From positions 1 to 27,240 of the forward strand of contig CAWALK010000017.1 of assembly GCA_963782915.1 (NCBI GenBank): a stretch of 27,240 nucleotides of DNA. Direction: 5' to 3'. The translations under genes were made by a program, and so were the position numbers. The stretch is from an uncultured archaeon (GTDB taxonomy: Archaea; Thermoproteota; Bathyarchaeia; Bathyarchaeales; Bathycorpusculaceae). Positions 1 to 10,485 of the stretch are shown in pieces. The notes beneath the pieces were generated by a model. That model was not told the origin of the DNA. It made no database searches and saw only the letters and a program-made list of their open reading frames with translations. Position 1 is the stretch's first letter, and every line of letters begins with the position of its first letter.

Positions 1-39
1 TATATAGTCTTTTAACGTATTTTGCCTCACGGTAATTAT

Positions 40-3000
40 TTGACTGCCCAAAACAAAGCTAACCCAAACAGTTTGCCACCGAATTATACACCGCTTGAAC
101 TTGAAAAAGAAATCCGTGAATTCTGGGCAAAAAACCAGATCCGCGAAAAACTCGAGCAACTACAAAATTCACCCAACTATCAAAGGCAACCTCGGCTATG
201 TCGAAGGTCCACCAACACTAAACGGCATCCCACACATCGGTCATGCCCGCGGACAGAATCATGAAAGACATCCGTTACCGATGGAAAACCATGGAAGGCT
301 ACTACATGCCGTTTTGGGCTGGATGGGACTGCCAAGGCTTACCAGTCGAACTAGAAGTTGAAAAACTCTGGCGTTCGTAACAAGCGGGAATCCATCGAAA
401 AATATGGAATGGAACGCTTCATCGAAGAATGCAAAAAAGCCATCATGCGCTACCACGTAATGTGGCTCGAAGCAGACGGCAAACTCGGCATCGCCATTAA
501 CCAAGATAAAGCATATTGGACCTACAAAGACGCCTACATCGAGCGGGAATGGCAAATCCTCAAACGCGCCTGGGACCAAAACCTCCTAGAAGAAGGACAC
601 TACGTCGTAGCTTATTGCCCTGGATGCCAAACCAGCTTGAGCAGCGCCGAAGTGGGTTATGAGGGAAGCTACAAAGAAGTCGAAGACCCCTCAATGTACT
701 TCAAATTCAAAGTCACAGGCACCCAAAACGAGTATTTCCTTGTTTGGACAACCATGCCTTTCACAGTAATCACCGATACTATGCTTGCGGTGCAGCCAAA
801 AGCTGAATACGCCAAAGTCAAAGTCGGCGACGAAACCTGGATAATGGTCCGCCAACGCGTCGAAGCCTTGATGGCTGAATTAGACATTAAAGATTACCAA
901 ATCCTAGAAACCATGCCTGGCAGCAGCTTAGAAGGCAAAGCATACGATTACCCCCTCAAAGACATAATCCCCAAACAAGCCGAAAAGGAAACCAAACATC
1001 CACTTGTGCACCATGTTATCGGCGAAGACTTCGTCGACGTCAACACAGCCACAGGAGTAGTGCACCTCTCGCCCGGCAACGGCGAAGACGACTTCTGGGC
1101 AGCACACCGCAGAGGAGTTCCAATCTATGTGCCCTTCGATGACGAAGTCAAATTCACCGATGACGCAGGCATCTTCACAGGCGTATTCGCAAGAGACGCC
1201 GACATGCTTGTTGTGGAGGAACTTCGCAGCCGCAACGCATTTGTCAAAATCAAGAAACTCAAACATGAATACCCAACTTGCTGGCGAAGCCACCACAAAC
1301 TCGTCTGGCTCGCACGCAAAGAATACTTCTTGCGCACAGACAAAATCAACCAAAAAGTGTTGGAAGCAGCCAAAAAAGTGGAGTACTTCTATGAGGAACC
1401 CAAAAACCGCTTCTTAGGGTTCCTAAAAGAAGGCAAACCATGGTGCATCAGCCGAGAACGCATCTGGGGCACACCCTTGCCAATGTGGACCTGCGAGAAA
1501 TGCAACAACAAACGCTTAGTCGCAAGCAAAAAAGAACTCGTCGAAGCAGCCCAAGAAGAGATTCCAGCCGACTTCGAGTTGCATAAGCCATGGGTTGACC
1601 GAATCACCATTAAATGCGATAAATGCGAGGGCACGATGCACCGAGAAGACTTCGTGTTGGATACTTGGCATAACAGTGGCGCTTCACCCCACGCAAGATT
1701 CACCGACGAAGAAGAAGAAAAGTATGTGCCAACAGCTTTCTTAACTGAAGGCATCGACCAAACTCGTGGCTGGGCAAATTCGCTACTGCTCGAATGGGTA
1801 ATCTACACTGGCAAAGCTGAAGCACCCTACAAATCATTCCTGTTCCAAGGCTTAACTCAGGACTCGAAAGGCCGCAAAATGAGCAAAAGCCTAGGCAACG
1901 TCGTGCAAACCAACGAGTTGCTCGCCAAAAACAGCGCTGACCTTTGCCGCTTCTACATGACCCGCAAATGCTCACCAGTGGATTTCATGAGTTTTGACAT
2001 GCAAGAACTCAACCGCCGAAGCTACCAAGTGCTCTCAACGCTCTACCATTTAAGCCGTTTCTTCATGGAAAACGCCACATTCGACGAATTCACACCATCC
2101 AAATACTCGTTTGATTGGGCATTGAACGCTGGTAAATTGCAGTCTGCTGACATCTGGATGCTCTCGGTATTGCAGGATAGAATTGAAGATTACACTGCTA
2201 AGCTTGGAACGTTGCGAATTCAACGCTGCCTTAGCTGTGCTCGATGACTTCGTCATTGAAACTTTGAGCCGCCTCTATGTGCCTATGATTCGCAAGGAAC
2301 TCTGGACTGATGACCCTGAAACGGTTGAGCGTCGCCAAACCATCTACGCTTTGCTGCATCATGCACTAAAAACTGTAACGTTGCTCTTCAACCCAATCAC
2401 TCCATACCTATCTGAAGCGCTTTACCAGAAAATCTATCGCCAACTAGAACCAAACTTGCCCGAAACCGTTAACTTAGCCGCTTGGCCCACACCAAACCAA
2501 TCAGCACGCAACAAAACAATCGAGGAACAATTCGAAGTGCTCCTAAAGGTTGTGTCGATTTCGTTTGCTGCACGCCAACAAGGCAAACTCAAACGCCGCT
2601 GGCCACTAGCTAAAGCCCTCGTAGTTGCACCACAAAAAACTCTGGATGCGCTTAAACCTCTTGAGGCGTTGCTGCTGGAACAAACAAACGTTAAATCCGT
2701 CGAATACGCAACAGCCGTTCCCGATTACATTGGCGGCGAAAACTGGGTAAACAGCCAAGAAGAAAACATAACCGTCTTTATCAGCGGGCAACGCGACGAC
2801 AAACTGCTCGGCGAAGGCATCATGCGCGATTTAGCAAGGCGTGTGCAGGCTTTGCGCAAAGAAAAGGGCTTTGTCCCAACCGAAGTGCTTGAATCAGTGC
2901 ACATAGCCGAGTTGGATGCTGAAAGCGCTGGTTTGCTTGAGCCATACCTCGAAGAGATGGCTGGCTTGGTAAGAACCCGAAAAGTGTATTTGCACGCAAA

Positions 3001-3073
3001 ATGCAGCGAAGTCGAAGCACAATGGCACGAATCCGAATTGGACGGCAAAAAAATCTTCGTAAACATCCACTAA
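40..3073 (+). CDS. ileS: Isoleucine--tRNA ligase (archaeal/eukaryote type), split by 4 apparent frameshifts (~175, ~254, ~365, ~2200)
   Basis: [14 protein letters not shown] (HIGH motif), [10 protein letters not shown] (third frame, 261-360), [40 protein letters not shown], and a C-terminal anticodon-binding region in 2183..3073. TTG start at 40 is inferred. Confidence 0.95.
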
Positions 3074-3076
3074 GGC

Positions 3077-3262
3077 ATGACTATGACTGAACAGCAAAAC
3101 GGAAACATCCGCTACCTCAAATGCCCACATTGCGCCTGCCTATTTTTCTCACAGGCAGACCTGCAAAAACATATGGCAACGTTTGGCGGCGGCAAAGCAG
3201 AGCATGATTATGCCTATAAGAAAACGCATGGCCGACTTGAACATGGATATGGCGACGAGTAG
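3077..3262 (+). CDS. Small C2H2-like zinc-finger protein
   Basis: CPHC-x3-F-x5-L-x2-H pattern; starts 3 nt after the ileS stop. Confidence 0.65.
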   Translation: MTMTEQQNGNIRYLKCPHCACLFFSQADLQKHMATFGGGKAEHDYAYKKTHGRLEHGYGDE

Positions 3263-3263
3263 C

Positions 3264-3307
3264 GTCTTGTTGCTCTTGGTGCCTATCCCCCCTCTATTTA
3301 TAGTCTC
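3264..3307 (+). repeat. Dispersed motif A, copy 1
   Basis: GTCTTGTTGCTCTTGGTGCCTATCCCCCCTCTATTTATAGTCTC; closely matches the reverse complement of 25798-25840. Confidence 0.75.
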
Positions 3308-3451
3308 AGCGGTAGCTGAGTTTTTCTTTTATTTTCTATGTGTTTGTTGGCTTGTTAGTTGTGTTAGTGGTGGGTTGCTGGGTTTTTGTTTGGTTTTCTA
3401 GGCAGTTGCGGCAGGAGCCAATGCAACCTCTAGGGGTCAATGTAGAAGGGG

Positions 3452-3485
3452 CTTTGTTGTTTGCCTCCCCCTCCCTTATATATAG
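3452..3485 (+). repeat. Dispersed motif A, copy 2
   Basis: CTTTGTTGTTTGCCTCCCCCTCCCTTATATATAG; matches the reverse complement of 23860-23900. Confidence 0.7.
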
Positions 3486-3487
3486 AT

Positions 3488-4039
3488 TCAATTCCTGGTT
3501 AAACTATTGCTTAGTACTTTCTCCACCAACAACTCAGGCAAACCATCGCGGCCAGCTAAGGTAACCGTGAAAATCTCTGCGTCGTCCCTGCGTTTAGTCT
3601 CCAATATCAGTGGGTCATTGGCTTTGGCATGCACAACCGCCAGCACGACCTTGCTGCTTTTCAGCGCTTGATGCACAACCTGCTTAAACTTCGCCGAAAA
3701 TAGCTCCATTGGGCCGATTTCATCGATGGCTATGACATCATATTTTTGGGTGGCTTCAGCGATCGCTTTTACACCTATGCCTTCCAAGTCATCTAGGTTA
3801 ACGCGGTATTTGCCCACTTGCGGTCCAGGCTTCTGGTTAACATGTGCCAGCCAACCATGCCTGCCGCTGGCTAAGTCGATGACTTCAAAACCCACCCGCG
3901 CATCGTCTTCTTTAGCTTCGCGGCTTATCATGCCGCCGACACTTACACCACTGGCTTTTAGGGCATCCACCGTCTTGGAAAGAACAGTAGTTTTTCCGCT
4001 CCCTGGAGCACCAGTTAAAATCAAAACCCGTTTCTGCAA
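3488..4039 (-). CDS. Nucleoside-triphosphatase, THEP1/NTPase_1 family
   Basis: Walker A GAPGSGKTT, RVGFEVIDL, VGKYRV, Walker B IAIDEIGPME. Confidence 0.92.
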   Translation of the reverse strand: MQKRVLILTGAPGSGKTTVLSKTVDALKASGVSVGGMISREAKEDDARVGFEVIDLASGRHGWLAHVNQKPGPQVGKYRVNLDDLEGIGVKAIAEATQKYDVIAIDEIGPMELFSAKFKQVVHQALKSSKVVLAVVHAKANDPLILETKRRDDAEIFTVTLAGRDGLPELLVEKVLSNSLTRN

Positions 4040-4117
4040 AGCTTTTGCACCACTACAACCAATAATCTAATATTGCGATTAAATTCCTTTTGTAACAACA
4101 CCTCTGGAGCACAGGTT

Positions 4118-5341
4118 ATGGCAGAAAAAACTGGTTACGTCGCCGATTTCCCAAGCGAAATCATAAAGGAAGGCAAAATCCAAGTCCTAGTGCCCAACCT
4201 CAAAGCCTACGGCGTAACCCCAAGCGATTATGCACCCTCCAAAGCTCCAGTCTTCTATAACCCAGTCATGGAATTCAACCGTGACCTAACCGTCTTAGCA
4301 TTCCGCGCTTACCAAAAGATGGTGGCACATGAAATCAGCATTTGCGAGCCCCTGACAAGCCAAGGCATACGCGGCATCCGATACGCCGTAGAAGTCGATA
4401 GCGTGACACGAGTCGTAGCCAGCGACATCAACCATCACGCCTACGAATTGGCCCAACACAACATCGAACTCAACAAACTCCAAGACAAAATCACCCTCAA
4501 ATATGGCGACGCCAACCGCGTGCTAAGCGGCAACGCTTCGCCCAAGAAACGCTTCGATATAGTTGACCTCGACCCCTTCGGCACACCAGTGCCCTACTTA
4601 GATTCAGCTTTTAGAGCGCTGAAAAACAAGGGTTTAATCGCAGCAACCGCCACCGATTTAGCTCCGCTCTGCGGAGTTCACGCCAAGGCTTGCCTGCGCA
4701 AATACGGCGGCAAACCCATCCGCACCGAATACTGCCATGAAGTCGCAGTTAGGCTCCTCGCGGGCTGCATGGCAAAAGTGGCAGCGCAACATGACATCGG
4801 AGTCCAAATCCTATTCAGCCACAGCAGCGACCACTACATCCGCGTCTACGCCCAAATCGGCTACGGGGCAAAAAAAGCAGATGAAAGCCTCAAATCCACA
4901 GGCTACCTCCTGAACTGCTTTAGTTGCATGCACCGAGAATTCGTCTATCAACCATTCGGCAGCGTTACTTGTCCTGAATGCGGCGAAAAAATGGATTACG
5001 CCGGTCCCTTATGGGCGGGGTCTATTGCAGACCAAGGGTTTGTTGAGCAAATATTGGCTGAGAACCAGACTGCTGCGTTTAGGAACAGCGCCAAAATCAC
5101 CAAACTCCTCACACTAATCAAAGCCGAAGCTACTGCACCTGCGACTTACTTCGTTATCGATAGGCTCAGCGGAAAACTCAACCTGCCCGCACCATCCAAC
5201 CAAGCCTTCTTAACTGCTCTCCAAAAAGCTGGTTTCCAAGCGGTGCTCACACATTTCAACCCAAGAGGCATAAAAACAGACGCGCCAGCACTGAGTATGC
5301 ACAAGATTCTCAGAGAACTTACAGGGCAACAGCAAAGCTAA
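4118..5341 (+). CDS. trm1: tRNA (guanine26-N2)-dimethyltransferase
   Basis: VFYNPVMEFNRD, GIRGIRY, DIVDLDPFGTP, TATDLAPLCG, CxxC..CxxC zinc motif, GPLWAG, THFNPRGIKTDAP. ATG at 4118. Confidence 0.95.
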   Translation: MAEKTGYVADFPSEIIKEGKIQVLVPNLKAYGVTPSDYAPSKAPVFYNPVMEFNRDLTVLAFRAYQKMVAHEISICEPLTSQGIRGIRYAVEVDSVTRVVASDINHHAYELAQHNIELNKLQDKITLKYGDANRVLSGNASPKKRFDIVDLDPFGTPVPYLDSAFRALKNKGLIAATATDLAPLCGVHAKACLRKYGGKPIRTEYCHEVAVRLLAGCMAKVAAQHDIGVQILFSHSSDHYIRVYAQIGYGAKKADESLKSTGYLLNCFSCMHREFVYQPFGSVTCPECGEKMDYAGPLWAGSIADQGFVEQILAENQTAAFRNSAKITKLLTLIKAEATAPATYFVIDRLSGKLNLPAPSNQAFLTALQKAGFQAVLTHFNPRGIKTDAPALSMHKILRELTGQQQS

Positions 5342-5397
5342 GCACTCTGCCCTGATAAGACAAAACTATAAGTGAAAAGGAAACGAATAAGCGCAGC

Positions 5398-5912
5398 ATG
5401 ACTGATAACCAAACAATCAAGCTATCACCCACATTTTCAAACGGCGTAATGGTTGGCGCTGGTGCAACTTTGCTTTCCGTGGGGTTATTGATTTGCGTTT
5501 TCCCTGAATGCACTCTACCTTCAACAAATTAATTATCTGGTAAAAGAAGGTATACAAGTTCACACTTATTCCAATGGCTTTGATGACTTGATTTTTTTTG
5601 ATATCCACTGGAGCGCTTCTTTCTATGATGGGTACTTATTTGTTAATCATGGGTTGCCTCAACAATTTCAGCGACAAAGCTAGAGTTGCCCTTTCTGTGA
5701 ATGATAGCTTGGGAAATCGCTTAATTAACGGAGGCAGCATAGGGGCATCCCTTTTCTCAGCAAACCTCATACGGCAACTCTATCAAACCAACCAGTCAAG
5801 CTGGCATGAACTTTACATTATTACTTTAGTCGGTTGCTTAATCGTAATTGCTGTAGGTGCTTTTTTGATTTGGCGATCATACCTACGAAGTCAGCGGGCA
5901 ACAAAAGTTTAA
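5398..5912 (+). CDS. Hypothetical multi-pass membrane protein, split by two +1 shifts (CCC at 5502-5504, T8 at 5592-5599)
   Basis: ATG 5398 gives MTDNQTIKLSPTFSNGVMVGAGATLLSVGLLICVF, which continues in the next frame (LNALYLQQINY...DDLIF) into the hydrophobic ORF 5598..5912. Confidence 0.6.
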
Positions 5913-5953
5913 AGAGCAAAAACACAGTCCTTAACAATAAAGAGTGAATAGTC

Positions 5954-6766
5954 ATGAGCAGCAAAATCACAGTCATCGGCACCGGCATGATGGGCGGCGC
6001 CATAATCAAAAGCCTACTCAAAGGCAAAATCCCAGCCGCATCCATAACCGCGGTTGACATTCAAGCAGACAAACTAAAAGAGTTCGAAGCGCTTGGCGTA
6101 CAAACCAGCACAAACAACATCCAAGCCGCTTCAGGCGCCGACATAGTATTCATCATCGTCAAACCCGGAGACGTAGCCAGCGTGCTAAAAGGAATCAGCA
6201 AAGAAATCAAGGGCAAACTCGTCATATCCGTCGCTGCAACGGTGCCCCTGAGTTTTCTTGAGAAAAATTCTCCTTCAGAAGCCAAAATAGTCCGCATTAT
6301 GCCTAACCTGTGCGCTATGGTTCAGGCTGCTTACACGGCTTATTGCTGCGCCGGAAACGTTACCGCACAAGACAAAGAAACCATCAAAGAACTGCTTAAC
6401 ATGATGGGTATCTGTGATGAAGTGGAAGAGAAATACATGGATGCCATCACCGCTGTGAGCGGAAGCGGACCGGGCTACATGAGCATAATCATCGAAGCCC
6501 TAACTTACGCCGGATTGAAGGTTGGCTTACCACGCAACATCGCACTCAACTGTGCAGCGCAGACGGTCATGGGCACAGGCAAACTCGTCACCGACCTACA
6601 CGAGGAACCCTCCAGAATCAAAGACATGACCACCACACCCGGCGGAACCACAATAGAAGCCATCTACCAAATCGAGCAAAGCCAAATTCGCCCAGCCATG
6701 ATGCGCGCCATCGAGGAAGCCACCAAAAAAAGCCAAACAATCCGAGAAAAACTCAACTTGTCCTAG
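5954..6766 (+). CDS. proC: Pyrroline-5-carboxylate reductase
   Basis: GTGMMG Rossmann motif, VKP, RIMPN, TAVSGSGPGY, TTPGGTT. Confidence 0.95.
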   Translation: MSSKITVIGTGMMGGAIIKSLLKGKIPAASITAVDIQADKLKEFEALGVQTSTNNIQAASGADIVFIIVKPGDVASVLKGISKEIKGKLVISVAATVPLSFLEKNSPSEAKIVRIMPNLCAMVQAAYTAYCCAGNVTAQDKETIKELLNMMGICDEVEEKYMDAITAVSGSGPGYMSIIIEALTYAGLKVGLPRNIALNCAAQTVMGTGKLVTDLHEEPSRIKDMTTTPGGTTIEAIYQIEQSQIRPAMMRAIEEATKKSQTIREKLNLS

Positions 6767-6775
6767 AGACCAGCG

Positions 6776-7432
6776 ATGTTTGAAGCTGCAATCTTTGATT
6801 GGGATGGAACCCTCGCTGATACGCGAAGGGTAATTGTTATTTCATTCCAGAAGGCACTCAAAGAAATCAACCTCGAAGTTCCCACTTCTTATATTGAACG
6901 CAGAATCGGCATCGGTGCTTCAGAGACCTTCCGCGAAATACTCCAAGCCGCCAACCGGCGGGTTGACGAGAAAATCGTAAAGCAGCTTGTTGAGAAAAAA
7001 AGCAACGTTCAAATTCAATTAGCCGAGGAAGTCAAATTGTTCGAGGGCGCTAAGGAGCTTTTGGCGGCGTTTCAGGGCAAAATGAAGATGGGCTTGGCAT
7101 CGATGAACAACCGCCCCGTCATTATGCACCTGCTCCAAATTAACAAATTAGTCGATTGCTTTGACACCGTTTTAACGGTTGAAGCAGTTTCTCATTCTAA
7201 ACCTGACCCGGAGATTTTCCTCAAAACCGCACAGCAACTTAAAGCTAGACCAGAGTCATGCGTGGTTTTTGAAGATTCTGTTTTTGGCGTTAAAGCAGCG
7301 AAGGCGGCGGGCATGAGTTGCATTGCAGTTACAACAGGCGTTTACAGCAGCCAAGAGCTTGAAAAAGAAAAGGCTGATTTAGTCGTGAAATCGCTATCAG
7401 ACCCTAAAATCATCTCCTTTATCCATGCCTAA
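6776..7432 (+). CDS. HAD-superfamily phosphatase (beta-PGM/Gph-like)
   Basis: FDWDGTLAD, KPDPEIF, VFEDS, AAKAAGM. Confidence 0.9.
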   Translation: MFEAAIFDWDGTLADTRRVIVISFQKALKEINLEVPTSYIERRIGIGASETFREILQAANRRVDEKIVKQLVEKKSNVQIQLAEEVKLFEGAKELLAAFQGKMKMGLASMNNRPVIMHLLQINKLVDCFDTVLTVEAVSHSKPDPEIFLKTAQQLKARPESCVVFEDSVFGVKAAKAAGMSCIAVTTGVYSSQELEKEKADLVVKSLSDPKIISFIHA

Positions 7433-7497
7433 AAACGGCTTGTGGTAGCGTGCATGCAGTCACATAGCTTTAAACATTTTTCGCAGAAATAGTGTAA

Positions 7498-7803
7498 TTG
7501 CTCTCAAACACTGTAAGGAAGAACAAGCTTTTGAACAATGCCGCAGATAGGAAACGAAGCAAGCCCTCGATGTTTCAAGTGCTGCTCCTCGATAACGACG
7601 CAAACCAAGACGTTGAGGTTCAGGAAGCTGAACAAGTCGATTTCTGCCAAGTAAAAGAGCATCTGCAAAACGGCGGCTCAGTCTTCATAACCTGCAAAGA
7701 GACACAGAAAATCCAAGCCCCAAAAAACAAATCGCAACTAAACTATGTGCGGTCAAGAAGAAACTTGGGTTTCATCTTCCGTCAGCGTGTGAGAAGCTCA
7801 TAA
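7498..7803 (+). CDS. Hypothetical protein (start uncertain, possibly ATG 7570)
   Basis: Open frame with globular-looking composition (FQVLLLDND...GGSVFITC); no motif recognised. Confidence 0.55.
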   Translation: MLSNTVRKNKLLNNAADRKRSKPSMFQVLLLDNDANQDVEVQEAEQVDFCQVKEHLQNGGSVFITCKETQKIQAPKNKSQLNYVRSRRNLGFIFRQRVRSS

Positions 7804-7807
7804 ATGT

Positions 7808-7876
7808 GTGACGTGCATCCATAAGATTCCCTTTACCCCCCTCTCTCTTCCGAATTTCCTTTTGGGTGCACGTCAC
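7808..7876 (+). other. 14-bp stem-loop with a 41-nt pyrimidine-rich loop directly after a stop codon
   Basis: GTGACGTGCATCCA (7808-7821) pairs with TGGGTGCACGTCAC (7863-7876), with one G-U pair on the + strand. Confidence 0.7.
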
Positions 7877-7905
7877 TCCCGCTTACAGTTTAATTTTTTG
7901 TTTAT

Positions 7906-8005
7906 AGTTGTTTTTGTGGACGCCTCTTTTTTCAACAACAACCAGCAGGCTTGGCTATGGCGTCTGTTTTGGCGTCAGCTGGTTTAGGCGGTTGCAGGTT
8001 GGTTG
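7906..8005 (+). repeat. Dispersed motif B, copy 1
   Basis: Shares CCTCTTTTTTCAA, GGCTTGGC, TTTTGG and the exact 19-mer GGCGGTTGCAGGTTGGTTG (7987-8005) with 20391-20541. Confidence 0.8.
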
Positions 8006-8051
8006 TGGCGTAATCCCAAGCAGTGATTGAATAACACAAAAATAGAAGAAA

Positions 8052-9133
8052 TTATGGCTGAGCCCTAAGGCTTTTAGGCACATAAGCGCATCTTGGATCC
8101 GACCCCAAAATGTCGCCAGTATAGAACAGCGCCGAGCTTCTGCATCCTCCGCATACATCGTTGTATTCGCAGACGCCGCATTTGCCCTTAAGGTTGCGTT
8201 TATCCTTGACTTTGTTAAAGAAGTCGCTGTTTTGCATGTCATCCCAGATTTCGCTGAGCTGCTTATTTTTAACATTGCCAACTCGGTAGGCGTCGTTGTA
8301 GCTGCATGGGATAACATCGCCGTTTTCGGCTATGCTCATGAATTTGCCAAAGAAGCATCTGCCTAAAAAGAAGTTGTTGTACCAGTTGTCGTAGTCTGGC
8401 ATGCCCCGTTGCTTAGCTACCCGTGCGTAGAAGGGTATGTAGACGTTGATGGCTGGTTTGCCGTCGTATTTGGCTGTTAAGTCGAAGAGTTTGTTGCATG
8501 CCCACTCATACTGTTTGGGTGTGGGGTCTGCTTTGAGGCTCTCTTTGTCGTTGCTGTAGGGTACGAAGCCGTGGAAGACTACCCATCGGGCGCCATATTT
8601 TTTGGCTAATTCGATAACGTGAACCATGTCTTCTTCGTTACGTTGGTGACTTCGCCCTTATTCGCGAAAGTGTAAACCAGCACGTTGAGGAGGCCTTCTT
8701 TGGCGAAGCGCTCAATCGCAGCAACCGCCGCAGCATACGCACCTTCTCCGCGGATGACATCGTTAGTTTTTTCCGCTCCGTCAATGCTAACGCTGATTTT
8801 GGTTTTGTTCTTAATGATGTTTTGGATGGCTTGCTCATCGAGCATGCGCCCGTCAGTAATGATGCTTGTATTCAAACCCAAACTGGTAGCGTAATCCAGT
8901 ACTTCGAAGAGGTCCTTGCGCAGAAGCGGCTGACCACCCGTAATCCCAAAAAAGCTTGCTCCGAAATCGTGGACTTGATCAACGATTTTCATGGCGCCTT
9001 TAGTGTCTAATTCGTCTGGAAACGCAGTTTTATCAGCTGAAACACAATGGGCACAGTTGCTCTCACAGGCAAAAGTGCAGCGCCAGGGAACGATAAAGAG
9101 GGGGCCTTTGTTTTTCAAGCCGTATTTCTCCAA
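8052..9133 (-). CDS. Radical SAM protein with C-terminal SPASM domain (NirJ/Ahb/PqqE-like superfamily), one frameshift near 8638
   Basis: CESNCAHC (Cx3Cx2C), ITGGQP, VSIDG; SPASM residues GDVIPC..GNV..KGKCGVCEYNDVCGGCR..DPRC. Confidence 0.9.
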
Positions 9134-9265
9134 GAGTGTAGTGCTCTAAAAACGGTGTTTTCGGTATTTAACATTTCACATTAAACTAAATAATTTAAAT
9201 CCAATGTCTTGTGCTAGCAGAATTCTTAAATCCCCAAAATTATTCATCTATTGTCTGTGGTGTTT

Positions 9266-9682
9266 ATGGCAAAAATTAACGGGAAAGCGAAGCTTCTGGA
9301 AAACACTCGCTTAGTCACTGAGAACGGTCGGGGACACAGCGTTATCTGCGATTTGCCTGAATCTCAAGGCGGAACCAACGCGGGGCCTTCGCCGCTGGAG
9401 TTGGCGTTGATGTCGCTTGCTGGCTGCGGAGTCATCATCTATGCGGATGTGTGCAAGAACAGCAAAATCGACCCAGGAACAATCGAGGTAGCTGTTGAAG
9501 CCGAAAAATCCTCAACTTCGCCAACTCTCACGGGCGTAACCATGAAAGTTAACATCAACTCCAAAGCACGCAGGGGCCTTGTTGAAGCGGCTTGGCGACG
9601 AACAGAAGCAAGCTGCCCAGTGCTCTACATCTATAAAGAACCCATCCCCACCAAGGTTGAAGTTGACATAAAAACAGAGTAA
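9266..9682 (+). CDS. OsmC-family protein
   Basis: D-x6-GTNAGPSPLELALMSLAGC ... CPV. Confidence 0.88.
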   Translation: MAKINGKAKLLENTRLVTENGRGHSVICDLPESQGGTNAGPSPLELALMSLAGCGVIIYADVCKNSKIDPGTIEVAVEAEKSSTSPTLTGVTMKVNINSKARRGLVEAAWRRTEASCPVLYIYKEPIPTKVEVDIKTE

Positions 9683-9886
9683 CCAACCAATCCCTGTTTT
9701 GTTTGAAACAATCAGATGTTTACTGGTTTAGTGTTGCCGCCAAATTTTCCTATAATTTTTGCAGCAAATATTGGCATCAGATTCGAATTGATTATTCTGC
9801 TCTGTACCTTGATGCAGCCCTAAAACTGCTTTCTTTGCAAAGTCTTTTAACCAATCCCACTAACCCATACACTGGAGAAGGGAGAC

Positions 9887-10060
9887 TTGACCGAAGATAG
9901 CGTATATCACATTAGGCAAATAACTTGTAAACATGAAAAAGTGCAGTTGTATACTCAACGCCGATTCGACAGCCTCAGCGGCATGGAGTTTACTTTTACC
10001 CGATGCAACAACTGCCACAAAATCGTGCGCTTAGAAACAAGAAAAGTCTCAAAGCATTAA
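9887..10060 (+). CDS. 57-aa putative zinc-binding protein (not in the ORF track)
   Basis: TTG start after GGAGAAGGGAGA; MTEDSVYHIRQITCKHEKVQLYTQRRFDSLSGMEFTFTRCNNCHKIVRLETRKVSKH*, with a CxH...CxxC pattern. Confidence 0.65.
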   Translation: MTEDSVYHIRQITCKHEKVQLYTQRRFDSLSGMEFTFTRCNNCHKIVRLETRKVSKH

Positions 10061-10485
10061 CTCAGTTTTTCCTCTTCTTTAGCGTAGAGGTAGAGTTCCC
10101 CCTGCTTGAGCAAATCTAACACACGCTGAGTCTCCGTAGTGCCTAACCTACAAGTTTTTGGCTCCACCAAAAAAGGAAGATCCTTGTCCGCATTGCGAAT
10201 AATGTGTAGGTTCTCCCAAGTTACTTTAATGTCTTCAGAGGGAATATGAGTTTCAATATCCACTGCCCAAGTGCCTGCATCCAATTCGGTGCCGCCCTCA
10301 GTCAACGCCGTAAAAGGACCAAGCAAGCTCTTATCATCCACATTATAGAGAAAAATAACTGAGCCCTCCTTTACTGGCTGTGCAGGCATAGTTTTTTTGT
10401 CTGTGCAAGTGTAACGTTTTGTACTTATACATTGTTGTGCACTTGTTTTGTTACATAAAAATACGTAGCCATCATACATAACCAC
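10057..10485 (-). CDS. DCD (development and cell death)-domain-like protein, PUA-like fold
   Basis: GYVFLCNKTSAQQC ... VKEGSVIFLYNVDDKSLLGPFTA resembles the DCD pattern G(F/Y)IFxCN..EC / V.PG..LFLY....L.G.F.A. Confidence 0.7.
   Translation of the reverse strand: MVMYDGYVFLCNKTSAQQCISTKRYTCTDKKTMPAQPVKEGSVIFLYNVDDKSLLGPFTALTEGGTELDAGTWAVDIETHIPSEDIKVTWENLHIIRNADKDLPFLVEPKTCRLGTTETQRVLDLLKQGELYLYAKEEEKLS

Noticed and set aside
40-3073. ileS as a pseudogene or programmed-frameshift gene
   Set aside because: It is an essential gene with intact catalytic motifs, and indels are equally frequent in unrelated genes, pointing to sequencing error.
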